Below the pieces are notes generated by a model. It did no database searches. It saw only the letters and a list, made by a program, of their open reading frames with translations, and was not told the origin of the DNA. From the NCBI GenBank assembly GCA_035605695.1, contig DATNGZ010000017.1, positions 14,454-78,453 of the forward strand: a stretch of DNA of 64,000 nt, written 5' to 3'. Below are positions 1 through 7,961 of this stretch, piece after piece (positions within the stretch are counted from its first letter, which is position 1; each line of letters begins with the position of its first letter). Made by a program: the position numbers and the translations under genes. This stretch comes from Solirubrobacterales bacterium (GTDB lineage: Bacteria; Actinomycetota; Thermoleophilia; Solirubrobacterales; 70-9).

Positions 1-80
1 ACTTTTTCGGCGTCCACCTCGAGGCGCCAGCAAATCCGTCTCCATCGAAAAAGTTAAGTGGAACCCCTGCCGGATAGGCC
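1..80. repeat. Right-hand part of a family-B nested-palindrome intergenic element (left arm lies outside the window)
   Basis: ACTTTTTCGGCG...GAGGCGCCAGCA...CTCCATCGAAAAAGTTAAGTGGAACCCC matches the cores at 28425..28535 and 37603..37712 in the same orientation. It ends directly at the infC stop codon (81). Confidence 0.55.
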
Positions 81-779
81 TTACGCAGCGGCTGCATCGT
101 CGCCGGACGTCTCGTCCTCAGCGGCGGGTGTCTCATCAGCCTCAGCAGCCGGCTCCTCAGCCGCAGCAGACGCCTCCTCGGCAACCGGTTTCTCGCTCGC
201 GGCAGTCGTCACCTCGTCATCCACTTTGGCTGCCTCTTTGCCGGGCGCCAGCAGCATGCTCATGTTGCGCCCTTCCTGCAAAGGCTGAGACTCGATCACA
301 GCAAGCCCGTCGAGATCCTCGTAGAGGCGTTGCAGCAGCGCCCTCCCCCGCTCCGGGTGCGCCTGCTCGCGTCCGCGGAACATGATCGTCACCTTGACCT
401 TGTCCTGGTGGCGGAGGAAACGCGCGACGTGACCCATCTTGGTCTCGTAGTCGTGCTGGGCGATCTTCGGCCGCAGCTTGATCTCGCGGATATTGACCTG
501 CTGCTGGTGCTTGCGGGCCTGCTTTTGCTTTTGCTCCTGCTCGTACTTGTACTTCGAGTAGTCGAGCAGGCGGGTGACGGGCGGCTTTGAACCGGGGGCG
601 ACCTCGACCAGGTCGAGGTCGGCGTCCTGAGCGCGTTTGAGAGCCTCGTCGATGTCGACGATCCCGAGCTGCTCCCCCTCGGCGCCGATCAGACGCACTT
701 TGGGGACGCGGATCCGCTCGTTGATCCGGGTCGTGTCGCGCTCTGGTGGGCGCCGGTCGAACCTACGCGGGACCGGCAC
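81..779 (-). CDS. infC: Translation initiation factor IF-3 with an Ala/Glu-rich C-terminal tail
   Basis: 232-aa ORF with a GTG start. It contains [40 protein letters not shown] and [11 protein letters not shown], which correspond to the IF3 N- and C-domains. The last ~55 aa are low-complexity acidic sequence. Confidence 0.95.
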   Translation of the reverse strand: MPVPRRFDRRPPERDTTRINERIRVPKVRLIGAEGEQLGIVDIDEALKRAQDADLDLVEVAPGSKPPVTRLLDYSKYKYEQEQKQKQARKHQQQVNIREIKLRPKIAQHDYETKMGHVARFLRHQDKVKVTIMFRGREQAHPERGRALLQRLYEDLDGLAVIESQPLQEGRNMSMLLAPGKEAAKVDDEVTTAASEKPVAEEASAAAEEPAAEADETPAAEDETSGDDAAAA

Positions 780-883
780 TATCTAAGTGAGGTGTGGAGC
801 TTCAAGCGGACGAGAGGTAGGGAGGCAGGCACAGGACGCTCAGCGGCGCGGGGTGTTTGGGGTGCCTGCGATCAAGTGTCCGG

Positions 884-911
884 AGTATAGACAGAGGATG
901 CGAAGTGGCAA
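884..911 (-). promoter_or_regulatory. Candidate sigma70-type promoter for infC (TTGCCA-16 nt-TATACT)
   Basis: On the minus strand TTGCCA (911..906) and TATACT (889..884) are separated by 16 nt. The site overlaps the thrS 3' end and lies about 100 nt upstream of the infC start. This is a sequence match only. Confidence 0.3.
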
Positions 912-919
912 GCCCCGGC

Positions 920-2845
920 TCAGGAAGGCGCGCTCTCGGCCTTGATGCGAGCGGCGAAGTCGGCGGCCGGCATCGCCCCCAGCTCGCCGTCGCTGTGCGA
1001 CCGAACCGCAAGCCCCCCGGCCTCCTGCTCGCGGTCGCCGACGACGAGCATGTAGGGGTAGCGACCGAGCTCGGCGTCGCGGATCTTCTTGCCGACTGAC
1101 TCGGAGCGATCGTCGATCTCGATCCGCACGCCAGCCTCGCGCAGCTCGGCAGCGACGCGCGCCGCGTACGCGTTGTGGCGGTCGGCGACGGGCAGGACGA
1201 TCGCTTGCACCGGGGACAGCCAGACCGGGAAGCGGCCAGCGTAGTGCTCGATCAGGATGCCGGCGAAGCGCTCCATCGAGCCGAGCAGGGCGCGGTGGAT
1301 CATCACCGGGCGGTGCGCCCCATCGTCGGTGCCGACGTAGCTGAGGTCGAAGCGCTCGGGCATCTGGAAGTCGAGCTGGCAGGTGCCGCACTGCCAGGAG
1401 CGGCCGAGCGCGTCGGTGACGTGGAAATCGATCTTTGGGCCGTAGAAGGCGCCATCGCCGGGGTTGAGCTCGTACTCGCGACCCTGGCGGTCGAGCGCCT
1501 CGGTCAGCGCCGCCTCGGCCTTGGCCCACTGCTCCTCGCTGCCCATCGACTTCTGCGGCCGGGTCGAGAGCTCGACCCGCACGTCCTCAAAGCCGAAGCG
1601 CGCGTAGAGCTCGTCGATCGCCGCGCAGATGTCCGCCACCTCGTCGGCGATCTGCTCCTCGGTGCAGTAGACGTGGGCGTCGTCCTGGGTGAAGGCGCGG
1701 ACGCGGAGCAGGCCGTGGAGGACGCCCTCGCGCTCGTTGCGCGAGACCCGTCCGAACTCGGCTAGGCGCAGCGGCAGCTCACGGTAAGAGTGGCGTTCGG
1801 AGTCGAAGACAAGGCAGGCGCCGGGGCAGTTCATCGGCCGCAGCGCCAGGCGCCGATCGTCGGACTGCATGAAGTACATGTCGTCGCGGTAGTTCTCCCA
1901 GTGCCCGGAGCGGTGCCAGAGCTCCTCGTCGAGCACCTGCGGGGTGGCGATCTCCTTGTAGCCGCGCTTGCGCAGTTGGGCCTGGACCTCACCCTCAATC
2001 AGGTGCAGCAGCGTCGTCCCGTTGGGCAGCCAGAAGGGCATCCCGGGCGCCTCCTCGCGCAGCATGAAGATGCCGAGCTGGGGACCGAGGCGGCGGTGGT
2101 CGCGCTTCTTCGCCTGCTCGATCAGCTCGAGATGCTTGTTCAGGTCCTTCTTGGAGAAAAAGGCGGTGCCGTAGATCCGGGTCAGCATCTGACGCTTCTC
2201 GTCGCCGCGCCAGTAGGCGCCGGCGAGCGAGCTCAGCTTGATCGCCTTAATCCTGCCGGTCGAGGGCCCATGCGGACCGCGGCAGAGGTCCTCGAAGGGC
2301 CCGTTGCGGTAGAGCGAGACGGTCTCGACCCCTTCTTTCTCGATCAGGTCCTTGATCAGCTCGACCTTGTAGTCCTCATCCTGGCCCTCGAAGATCGATA
2401 TCGCCTCGGCGACCGGCACGTCGCGGCGCTCGAAGGCCTCATCGGCCTCAATATGGGCGCGCATCGCCGCCTCGATCTGCTCCAGGTCCGCATCGGTCAC
2501 CTTGACCTCGTCCGGGAAGTCGAAGTCGTAGTAGAAGCCGTTCTCGATCGCCGGACCGATCGTCACCTTGGTACCGGGGTAGAGCTCCTGCACCGCCTCG
2601 GCCATCACGTGCGCGGCGTCGTGGCGAATCAGCGCCAGCGCATCGGGGTCGCGATCGGTGAGGATCGCGATCTCGGCGCCATCCGGAAGAGCAGCGGAGA
2701 GGTCACGAAGCTCACCATCGACGTGGATCGCAAGCGCGGCCTTGGCCAGCCCGGGCCCGATTGCCGCAGCTGCGTCCGCGCCGGACGCGCCGTCGGTCAG
2801 CTCCAACGGTGTCCCATCGGGAAGCTGGACAGTGATCTTTTGGAT
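920..2845 (-). CDS. thrS: Threonine--tRNA ligase
   Basis: The 628-aa ORF-track product (920..2806) has the TGS, second additional domain, class II core (FRGE.., HRA) and anticodon-binding regions. The conserved TGS start (K)ITVQLPDGTPLEL lies upstream of the first canonical start, so I extended the gene to an in-frame ATC at 2845 (see findings). Confidence 0.93.
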   Translation of the reverse strand: MQKITVQLPDGTPLELTDGASGADAAAAIGPGLAKAALAIHVDGELRDLSAALPDGAEIAILTDRDPDALALIRHDAAHVMAEAVQELYPGTKVTIGPAIENGFYYDFDFPDEVKVTDADLEQIEAAMRAHIEADEAFERRDVPVAEAISIFEGQDEDYKVELIKDLIEKEGVETVSLYRNGPFEDLCRGPHGPSTGRIKAIKLSSLAGAYWRGDEKRQMLTRIYGTAFFSKKDLNKHLELIEQAKKRDHRRLGPQLGIFMLREEAPGMPFWLPNGTTLLHLIEGEVQAQLRKRGYKEIATPQVLDEELWHRSGHWENYRDDMYFMQSDDRRLALRPMNCPGACLVFDSERHSYRELPLRLAEFGRVSRNEREGVLHGLLRVRAFTQDDAHVYCTEEQIADEVADICAAIDELYARFGFEDVRVELSTRPQKSMGSEEQWAKAEAALTEALDRQGREYELNPGDGAFYGPKIDFHVTDALGRSWQCGTCQLDFQMPERFDLSYVGTDDGAHRPVMIHRALLGSMERFAGILIEHYAGRFPVWLSPVQAIVLPVADRHNAYAARVAAELREAGVRIEIDDRSESVGKKIRDAELGRYPYMLVVGDREQEAGGLAVRSHSDGELGAMPAADFAARIKAESAPS

Positions 2846-2901
2846 GGCGGCCTCGATCTGGCCATGCTACCCGCGGCAGTTCAACACCCCACCCTCGCCT
2901 A

Positions 2902-3014
2902 GCGGTCGTATTTCTTTCCGCTATGCGGCTAAAAGTACGACCGCACCCGATGAGACGCACTTCGCCACCTTGCGGTCGTATTTCTTTCCGCACAGCGGAG
3001 CTAAATACGACCGC
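2902..3014. repeat. Two tandem copies of a 43-nt hairpin element (2902..2944 and 2972..3014)
   Basis: Both copies read GCGGTCGTATTTCTTTCCGC-(TAT/ACA)-GCGG..AAA(G)TACGACCGC, with a 9-bp outer stem GCGGTCGTA/TACGACCGC and an inner CCGC/GCGG stem. They lie between the stop of the 3015..4760 gene and the thrS start. Confidence 0.7.
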
Positions 3015-4760
3015 TCAGCGGGGTGGCAGGCCGTGGCGGGCTTGGCGGACGGCGATCAGGGGACAGGGACTGTGACCGCGGGTCGGTGCCATCCGTTCCC
3101 AGAGGACGTAGGGCTGGGCGATGCGCTTTACGCGCAGCGCTGGGAAGGGAGGCTGGCGCGGCGCAGACTGCGAGATGACGAAGCGAACGCCGGGTGGCGG
3201 CCCGTTTCTGGTTTCGTCGGTCGCATCGATGCAGACGCGCCCACCGCGCATCTCCCAGGTGATGTAGGGGACGCCGTGTTCCTCTTCGAGTAGTTGCTTT
3301 GAGGCGAGCACGAGGGTTGGGCCTTCGCCGACGTCGGAGCGCAGGCTGGTCAGCGCCGGTGAGTAGGAGCTTGGGCCGACCGGCGCGTTGGCAAGCGCCA
3401 GCAGCGAACAGCCGCCCGCCGCGAGCAGGTAGAGCCAGGCGACCGGCCGGCGCAGCAGCGGTAGAACGATGACGAGAGCCGCCAGCGGCGCGCCGATCTC
3501 GATCGCCTTGGCGGCGGTATAGGGAGTGCCTCCGATGCGCGCCGCCGCATAGGCAAGGGCCGCGGTAGCGAGGCCTGCAATCAGGGTGGCCTCGCGGCGG
3601 CGCCAGCAGACGACGAGCCCGTAGACGAGCAGGATCGATGCGTAGGCGGCGCCGAGGAAGTAGCCGAGGGCCGGCACGGCGCCGTCGCCAGGGGAGAGGC
3701 GGAAGTCGCCCGACGGCCAGATGCCGAGGGCCTCGAAAGGTGAGATCTGGCCGAAGAGGTTGCCGAGGCCGGGGCCGTTGGGGTCGAAGGTCTCGAAGCT
3801 GTGAAAGTCGAGCATGCGGCCGATCTCTGGGGCGATCAAGATGGCGAAGAGGAGAACTGCATAAAGGACAGACCGCCAGGCGGCGGGTGGCGAGCTGCCG
3901 AAGCGGCTCAGAACGAGTTCCGCAATTGCCCAGATGATTGCGGCGCCGATCAACCAGATCAGCCCGGGGAAGCTGTAGGTGTAAACGGACCCCGCTGCTA
4001 GAAGAGCTGCAGGGACGAAGCGGAGTGGTAGTTCGCGCCAGGTGGGATTTTGCGATCCCTCCCTCAGGGCGAGAACGAAGGCGAGGAAGAAGAGGGCTTG
4101 GATCGTCTCCTTGAAGGAGCCTTGGGCGAAGTAGGAGGCGACCATGTAGGTGAGGCCGACTACGAGCGATGCCGGGATGCGCAGGTAGGCGGGCTGATCG
4201 CGGAAGGCCGTCAGGGCCGTGAGCGAAGCGAGGACCGCCACGGCAACTGTCAGGCCGGTGAAGCCCTGGACGATGTTGATACCGAGGCCCTTGGTCAGGG
4301 CTACGGCTATCGAGTGGGGCCCGAGCGGATAGCCCTGGTGCAGGAGCTGGGAGCCCTCGCCGTGGGCGAGGCGATCCGCCGCCAGCAGGTGCTGGGACAT
4401 GTCCGGGTTGAAGCTGGTGCCGAGGATGCCGAAGTGGCCTGCGACGGCGAACGGCAACGCGGTGGCGAGGAGGGCCAGAAGGGCTATCGGCCAACCGGCT
4501 TGCAGCGCCCCTCCCCCCGCTTCGAGCCGCTTCCGAAGATATAAAACAGACGCCGCAAAAAGCACCAGGACGAGGACTGCCGAGACCGTCCCATCGCCCG
4601 GCAGGCGCACGGTTCCCCAGCAGACGGCGCAGAGCAGGGCCAGGCCCACGGCCGGGGCCAGCCACGACCATTGCCGCACACCGCAGAGCGCGATCGCCGT
4701 CTGGCCGATCGCCAGCGAAGCAAAGCAAACGACCAGCACGGCTGCGTAGGTCCCGATCAC
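3015..4760 (-). CDS. Polytopic integral membrane protein, function unknown (possibly glycosyltransferase-like)
   Basis: 581-aa ORF with many hydrophobic segments (for example LVVCFASLAIGQTAIAL, ALLCAVCWGTV, VLVLVLFAASVLYL). I recognised no catalytic motif. Confidence 0.7.
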   Translation of the reverse strand: MIGTYAAVLVVCFASLAIGQTAIALCGVRQWSWLAPAVGLALLCAVCWGTVRLPGDGTVSAVLVLVLFAASVLYLRKRLEAGGGALQAGWPIALLALLATALPFAVAGHFGILGTSFNPDMSQHLLAADRLAHGEGSQLLHQGYPLGPHSIAVALTKGLGINIVQGFTGLTVAVAVLASLTALTAFRDQPAYLRIPASLVVGLTYMVASYFAQGSFKETIQALFFLAFVLALREGSQNPTWRELPLRFVPAALLAAGSVYTYSFPGLIWLIGAAIIWAIAELVLSRFGSSPPAAWRSVLYAVLLFAILIAPEIGRMLDFHSFETFDPNGPGLGNLFGQISPFEALGIWPSGDFRLSPGDGAVPALGYFLGAAYASILLVYGLVVCWRRREATLIAGLATAALAYAAARIGGTPYTAAKAIEIGAPLAALVIVLPLLRRPVAWLYLLAAGGCSLLALANAPVGPSSYSPALTSLRSDVGEGPTLVLASKQLLEEEHGVPYITWEMRGGRVCIDATDETRNGPPPGVRFVISQSAPRQPPFPALRVKRIAQPYVLWERMAPTRGHSPCPLIAVRQARHGLPPR

Positions 4761-4800
4761 GAGGCGGCGAGCCTAATCAACCGCCAAGCCGTCTACACGA

Positions 4801-5097
4801 TCAGGGATTCCCGGGGCCGAAGTCCGGCGGCGCCTCGGTGGCGACGGCGAGCACGGTTTTGCGGATCTCAGGCGGCAGGCGGTCGAGCGGCAGCTCGCCC
4901 CCTCTCTCTGCCGAGCGCTCGGAGCCCTCGAACAGGCGCTCCATCTCTTGCAAGGGGGCAGCGATCGAGAACGAAATCCCGACCATCGGCCCAACCTCGA
5001 AGCCCTGCTCGGTGAAGAAGCGACGAGCGCGCTCGTCGCTTGGCGAGCGCATCAAGACGAGAGCGGAGTGCTGCTCAGCGCCCATCCTGGGTCCCAA
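4801..5097 (-). CDS. Small protein paralogous to the N-terminal (prodomain-like) region of the adjacent S8 peptidase
   Basis: 98 aa. FFTEQGFEVGPMVGISFSIAAPLQEMERLFEG aligns with LRAGGFEVLQVTPTTINIAAPSDHFEQAFET of the upstream protease. The start is 8 nt after the protease stop. Third-position GC is high. Confidence 0.5.
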   Translation of the reverse strand: MGPRMGAEQHSALVLMRSPSDERARRFFTEQGFEVGPMVGISFSIAAPLQEMERLFEGSERSAERGGELPLDRLPPEIRKTVLAVATEAPPDFGPGNP

Positions 5098-5105
5098 TCA
5101 GCAAC

Positions 5106-6530
5106 CTAAACCGGGCCGCACTCCTCCTTGGCGAGCTGCACCGCGACAGCGGCGTCGGCCAGCCCGGCGCCAGTCGCGAGGTCGTATCCGGGACCCGCGG
5201 GATTATTGAAACGCGGATTGTTGCTGCCGGTTGTGACGTCGCGGGCACTGCGCATAAGGATGTCCCTGATCTCGCTCTGTTGCAACCGCGGGCAAGCCTG
5301 CTTAATCAGAGCGCAGATGCCCGCCAGCTGTGGCGCCGCCGCCGATGTTCCGCTGAACGCCGCCCAGCCGTCATTTTCAGCGGTTTCATCCCCTTGTGGA
5401 AACGGCGCACCGGCGTTCTCCCGGTCCATTTCATCGTCCGGCTGGACGGGCAGCATGATGTAGGCGGCATGGGGAAGCATGCCGACGAGCCCCGAGAGGT
5501 CGGGGACTTCGCGCCCCGGGTATATCTGGCTGGCAAAGCCACTCGCGTAGTCGGAGGCGCGCATGGCGCCGTCAGCTTCCACGTAGACGCCGCCGGCCGA
5601 GATCACATCGGGGTGCTGGCCGGGAAAGCCCCAGTGTCCGTTACCGGCGCTGAAGACGACAATGATCCCGCTCGCAACTGCCGTCGCAACCGCGGCGGCA
5701 AGCGCCTGGTTGACGGCGCTCAGCGGCCCGCTCTCAAGATCGAAACCCCAGGAGCAGCTGATCACGTCCGGGCGCAGGCTGACGGCAGCATTGAAACCCG
5801 CGGTGCTGTTGGTGGAGGTGTTCTTCACCATCGTGAAGTCGATCTCCGGGGCGGCGGCGAAAATGTTGGCCGACTCGCCGGTGCCGTGCCCGCTCTCGTC
5901 GTCGCTTGGATTTTGCGAGGCCGGCGCGAGCACCACTTGCCCCGGCCTGTATCCCTGCTGGGCAAAGTATGGGTGGCTGTACCAGCCGGAATCGACCATG
6001 GCGACGCTCACCCCCCGGCCCGTTATCCCCTCGGCGTGGACGCTGTCGGCATTGAGCTGCGCCGAGACGTCGTGGGGAACCTCGAGATGCCAGTAGCCCG
6101 GTTTGGGCGGCGAGGCGCTCTCGTGGTAGTAGACCGGTTCCTCGATCGCGACGCCCTCGAGCACGTCCGCGAACTCGGTGTCGTGCGTCGCGATCAAGCC
6201 TTGGACCTCGGTGTCAGGGCATTCGACGAACGTCGCCGTGTCCTCCCTGGCCCCTTCCTTGATGACCGGGCGCTCTTCGGGCTCAAGACGAGTTTCAAAC
6301 GCTTGCTCAAAATGATCGGACGGCGCGGCGATGTTGATTGTCGTCGGCGTTACCTGCAGGACCTCGAAGCCGCCTGCCCGCAGTTTGGCCGTCGCCTCCT
6401 CGATCAGGGAACGTGGCGAGGTGAAGTTGGCGACCGTCTCCTGGTTAACGACATCGGCTGCAAACAGCGAGACCTCGCCCACCGAGTGGGGGGAGGCTTG
6501 CGCGAAGAGGCGATCTGGCAACCCGGTCAT
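5106..6530 (-). CDS. Subtilisin-like serine peptidase (S8 family) with no evident signal peptide
   Basis: The catalytic triad contexts are VAMVDSGW (Asp), GHGTGESANI (His) and FSGTSAAAPQLAG (Ser). I chose the ATG at 6530 because the 6531..6623 extension runs into an AT-richer region that looks intergenic. Confidence 0.85.
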   Translation of the reverse strand: MTGLPDRLFAQASPHSVGEVSLFAADVVNQETVANFTSPRSLIEEATAKLRAGGFEVLQVTPTTINIAAPSDHFEQAFETRLEPEERPVIKEGAREDTATFVECPDTEVQGLIATHDTEFADVLEGVAIEEPVYYHESASPPKPGYWHLEVPHDVSAQLNADSVHAEGITGRGVSVAMVDSGWYSHPYFAQQGYRPGQVVLAPASQNPSDDESGHGTGESANIFAAAPEIDFTMVKNTSTNSTAGFNAAVSLRPDVISCSWGFDLESGPLSAVNQALAAAVATAVASGIIVVFSAGNGHWGFPGQHPDVISAGGVYVEADGAMRASDYASGFASQIYPGREVPDLSGLVGMLPHAAYIMLPVQPDDEMDRENAGAPFPQGDETAENDGWAAFSGTSAAAPQLAGICALIKQACPRLQQSEIRDILMRSARDVTTGSNNPRFNNPAGPGYDLATGAGLADAAVAVQLAKEECGPV

Positions 6531-6664
6531 CTGAAGGAACTGACTTCTATAAGAAACTTTGATTAAGCGCAACAGGTCTCCTGCGTTTTTCAGACTCCAC
6601 GGGGACAACACGCGAGGGCGCAACGCGGAGGAAGAGGGCAGCGAGCCTGCCTAGACTTAAGGCG

Positions 6665-7099
6665 ATGGCCCACGTCCCTCCCGCCCGTCACCTGCTGCGC
6701 GCCAGGGACCTCGCCGACGCCCGCTACTTCGAGCCGCTGGGCGTCGACGACCTGGCCGCTGCCGCGGGGCTCTCGCGCGCCCATTTCAGCCGCGAGTTCC
6801 GCCGCGCCTTCGGCGAGTCGCCCCACGCCTACCTGCTGACCCGCAGGCTGGAGCGGGCGGCGGCGCTGCTGCGCACAACCGATCGCTCGGTCGCCGACAT
6901 CTGCCTCTCGGTCGGCCTGCAGAGCATCGGCTCCTTCACGACCAGCTTCAGTCGCACCTTCGGCCTCTCGCCCACCGCCTACCGGGCCAAGCACCCGTCC
7001 GCCGCCAGCGGCGCCCTGGTCCCGGGCTGCGTCGTGCGCGCCTACGCGCGCCCCCAACACCGCACGTTTCGAGAAGACAGCCCGCGCGTCCCCGCCTAG
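6665..7099 (+). CDS. AraC-family transcriptional regulator (HTH domain only, MarA/SoxS-sized)
   Basis: 144 aa. LAAAAGLSRAHFSREFRRAFGESPHAYLLTRRLERAAALL and VADICLSVGLQSIGSFTTSFSRTFGLSPTAYR form the double AraC HTH. The gene is divergent from the S8 peptidase. Confidence 0.85.
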   Translation: MAHVPPARHLLRARDLADARYFEPLGVDDLAAAAGLSRAHFSREFRRAFGESPHAYLLTRRLERAAALLRTTDRSVADICLSVGLQSIGSFTTSFSRTFGLSPTAYRAKHPSAASGALVPGCVVRAYARPQHRTFREDSPRVPA

Positions 7100-7141
7100 C
7101 ATCGCCGTCGACCTTGCCGTTCAACCAAGGAGACGCAGACG

Positions 7142-7567
7142 ATGATCAGAATCGCCAATGCCCAGCTTTGGGTCCACGACCAGGAGGAGGCGCTTGCCTT
7201 CTACACCGAGAAGGTCGGCATGGAGGTTCGCGCCGACGTCACCCTGCCCGAGATGGGCGATTTCCGCTGGCTAACCGTGGGGCCTCCCGGCCAGGAAGAC
7301 GTATCGATCGTGCTGATGGCGATCCCCGGCGCGCCGGTGATGGACGAGGAGACCGGCAATCAGGTCCGCGAGCTGATGGCCAAGGGCTTCGCCGGAACTG
7401 TCTTCCTCACCACCGATGACTGCCAGGCTTCTTACGAAGAGCTGAAGGGCCGCGGCGTCGAGTTCACCGAAGCGCCCGAGGAGCGCCCCTACGGCATCGA
7501 CTCGGGCTTCCGCGACCCGTCCGGCAACAACATCCGCCTCGCCGAGGTGAGGATGGCCGGGGTCTGA
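7142..7567 (+). CDS. VOC (glyoxalase/bleomycin-resistance/dioxygenase) family protein
   Basis: 141 aa. MIRIANAQLWVHDQEEALAFYTEKVGMEV and DPSGNNIRLAE are typical of the VOC fold. Confidence 0.85.
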   Translation: MIRIANAQLWVHDQEEALAFYTEKVGMEVRADVTLPEMGDFRWLTVGPPGQEDVSIVLMAIPGAPVMDEETGNQVRELMAKGFAGTVFLTTDDCQASYEELKGRGVEFTEAPEERPYGIDSGFRDPSGNNIRLAEVRMAGV

Positions 7568-7591
7568 ACGACGCTTCCGGGGCCGGGACGA

Positions 7592-7664
7592 TGGGCGCTA
7601 CTGGGCTCGAACCAGTGACCTCCAGCTTGTCGAGCTGGCGCTCTCCCAACTGAGCTAAGCGCCC
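7592..7664 (-). tRNA. tRNA-Val (anticodon GAC), CCA not encoded
   Basis: The reverse complement GGGCGCTTAGCTCAGTTGGGAGAGCGCCAGCTCGACAAGCTGGAGGTCACTGGTTCGAGCCCAGTAGCGCCCA folds as a 73-nt cloverleaf. The anticodon stem is CCAGC/GCTGG and the loop is TCGACAA. Confidence 0.9.
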
Positions 7665-7861
7665 GGGACCCCTGAATCTAGCAGCGGCGCGTGGGCCAAC
7701 GACGCCTGCGCGCCGCAGCCTCAAGCCCGCCGCCGCAAGTGCCGATGCAATGGGTGCAACTTTCAACTAACGCGGTGTTTCTTTATGCAGCGACCGATTA
7801 AGGCTTGAGGACTGACGAGCCAGGGAAACAGAGTCTCGCTGGTGGCACGTCCTTCGGAATC

Positions 7862-7886
7862 AAAGGGCCCCGAAAGGGGCCCTTTT
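7862..7886. terminator. Strong bidirectional intrinsic-terminator-like hairpin with no assigned upstream gene
   Basis: The sequence is AAAGGGCCCC-GAAA-GGGGCCCTTTT: a 7-bp GC stem with a GNRA-type loop, flanked by an A-run on one side and a T-run on the other. Confidence 0.6.
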
Positions 7887-7961
7887 CCGTTCCGCTGGAG
7901 ACCCAAATGACAGCTATCTCTGTCGCCGACGACTGACTGGGCCGAATTTGGACTATGCGGC

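Noticed and set aside
2846-3014. T-box riboswitch upstream of thrS
   Set aside because: The leader is only ~170 nt. I could find no specifier loop or T-box (AGGGUGGNACCGCG-like) sequence with an antiterminator/terminator alternative. AAGGUGGCGAAGUGCG between the hairpins is only a partial resemblance.
3001-4728. 575-aa ORF on the minus strand overlapping the 3015..4760 membrane-protein gene in another frame
   Set aside because: The translation is Arg/Pro/Gly/Ala-rich low-complexity sequence, typical of off-frame ORFs in very GC-rich DNA. The alternative frame gives a coherent polytopic membrane protein.
7812-7835. CTGACGAG...GAAAC...GTC resembling the hammerhead ribozyme core
   Set aside because: Only 6 nt separate CUGANGA from GAAAC, so stem II cannot form. 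No stems I or III could be drawn.
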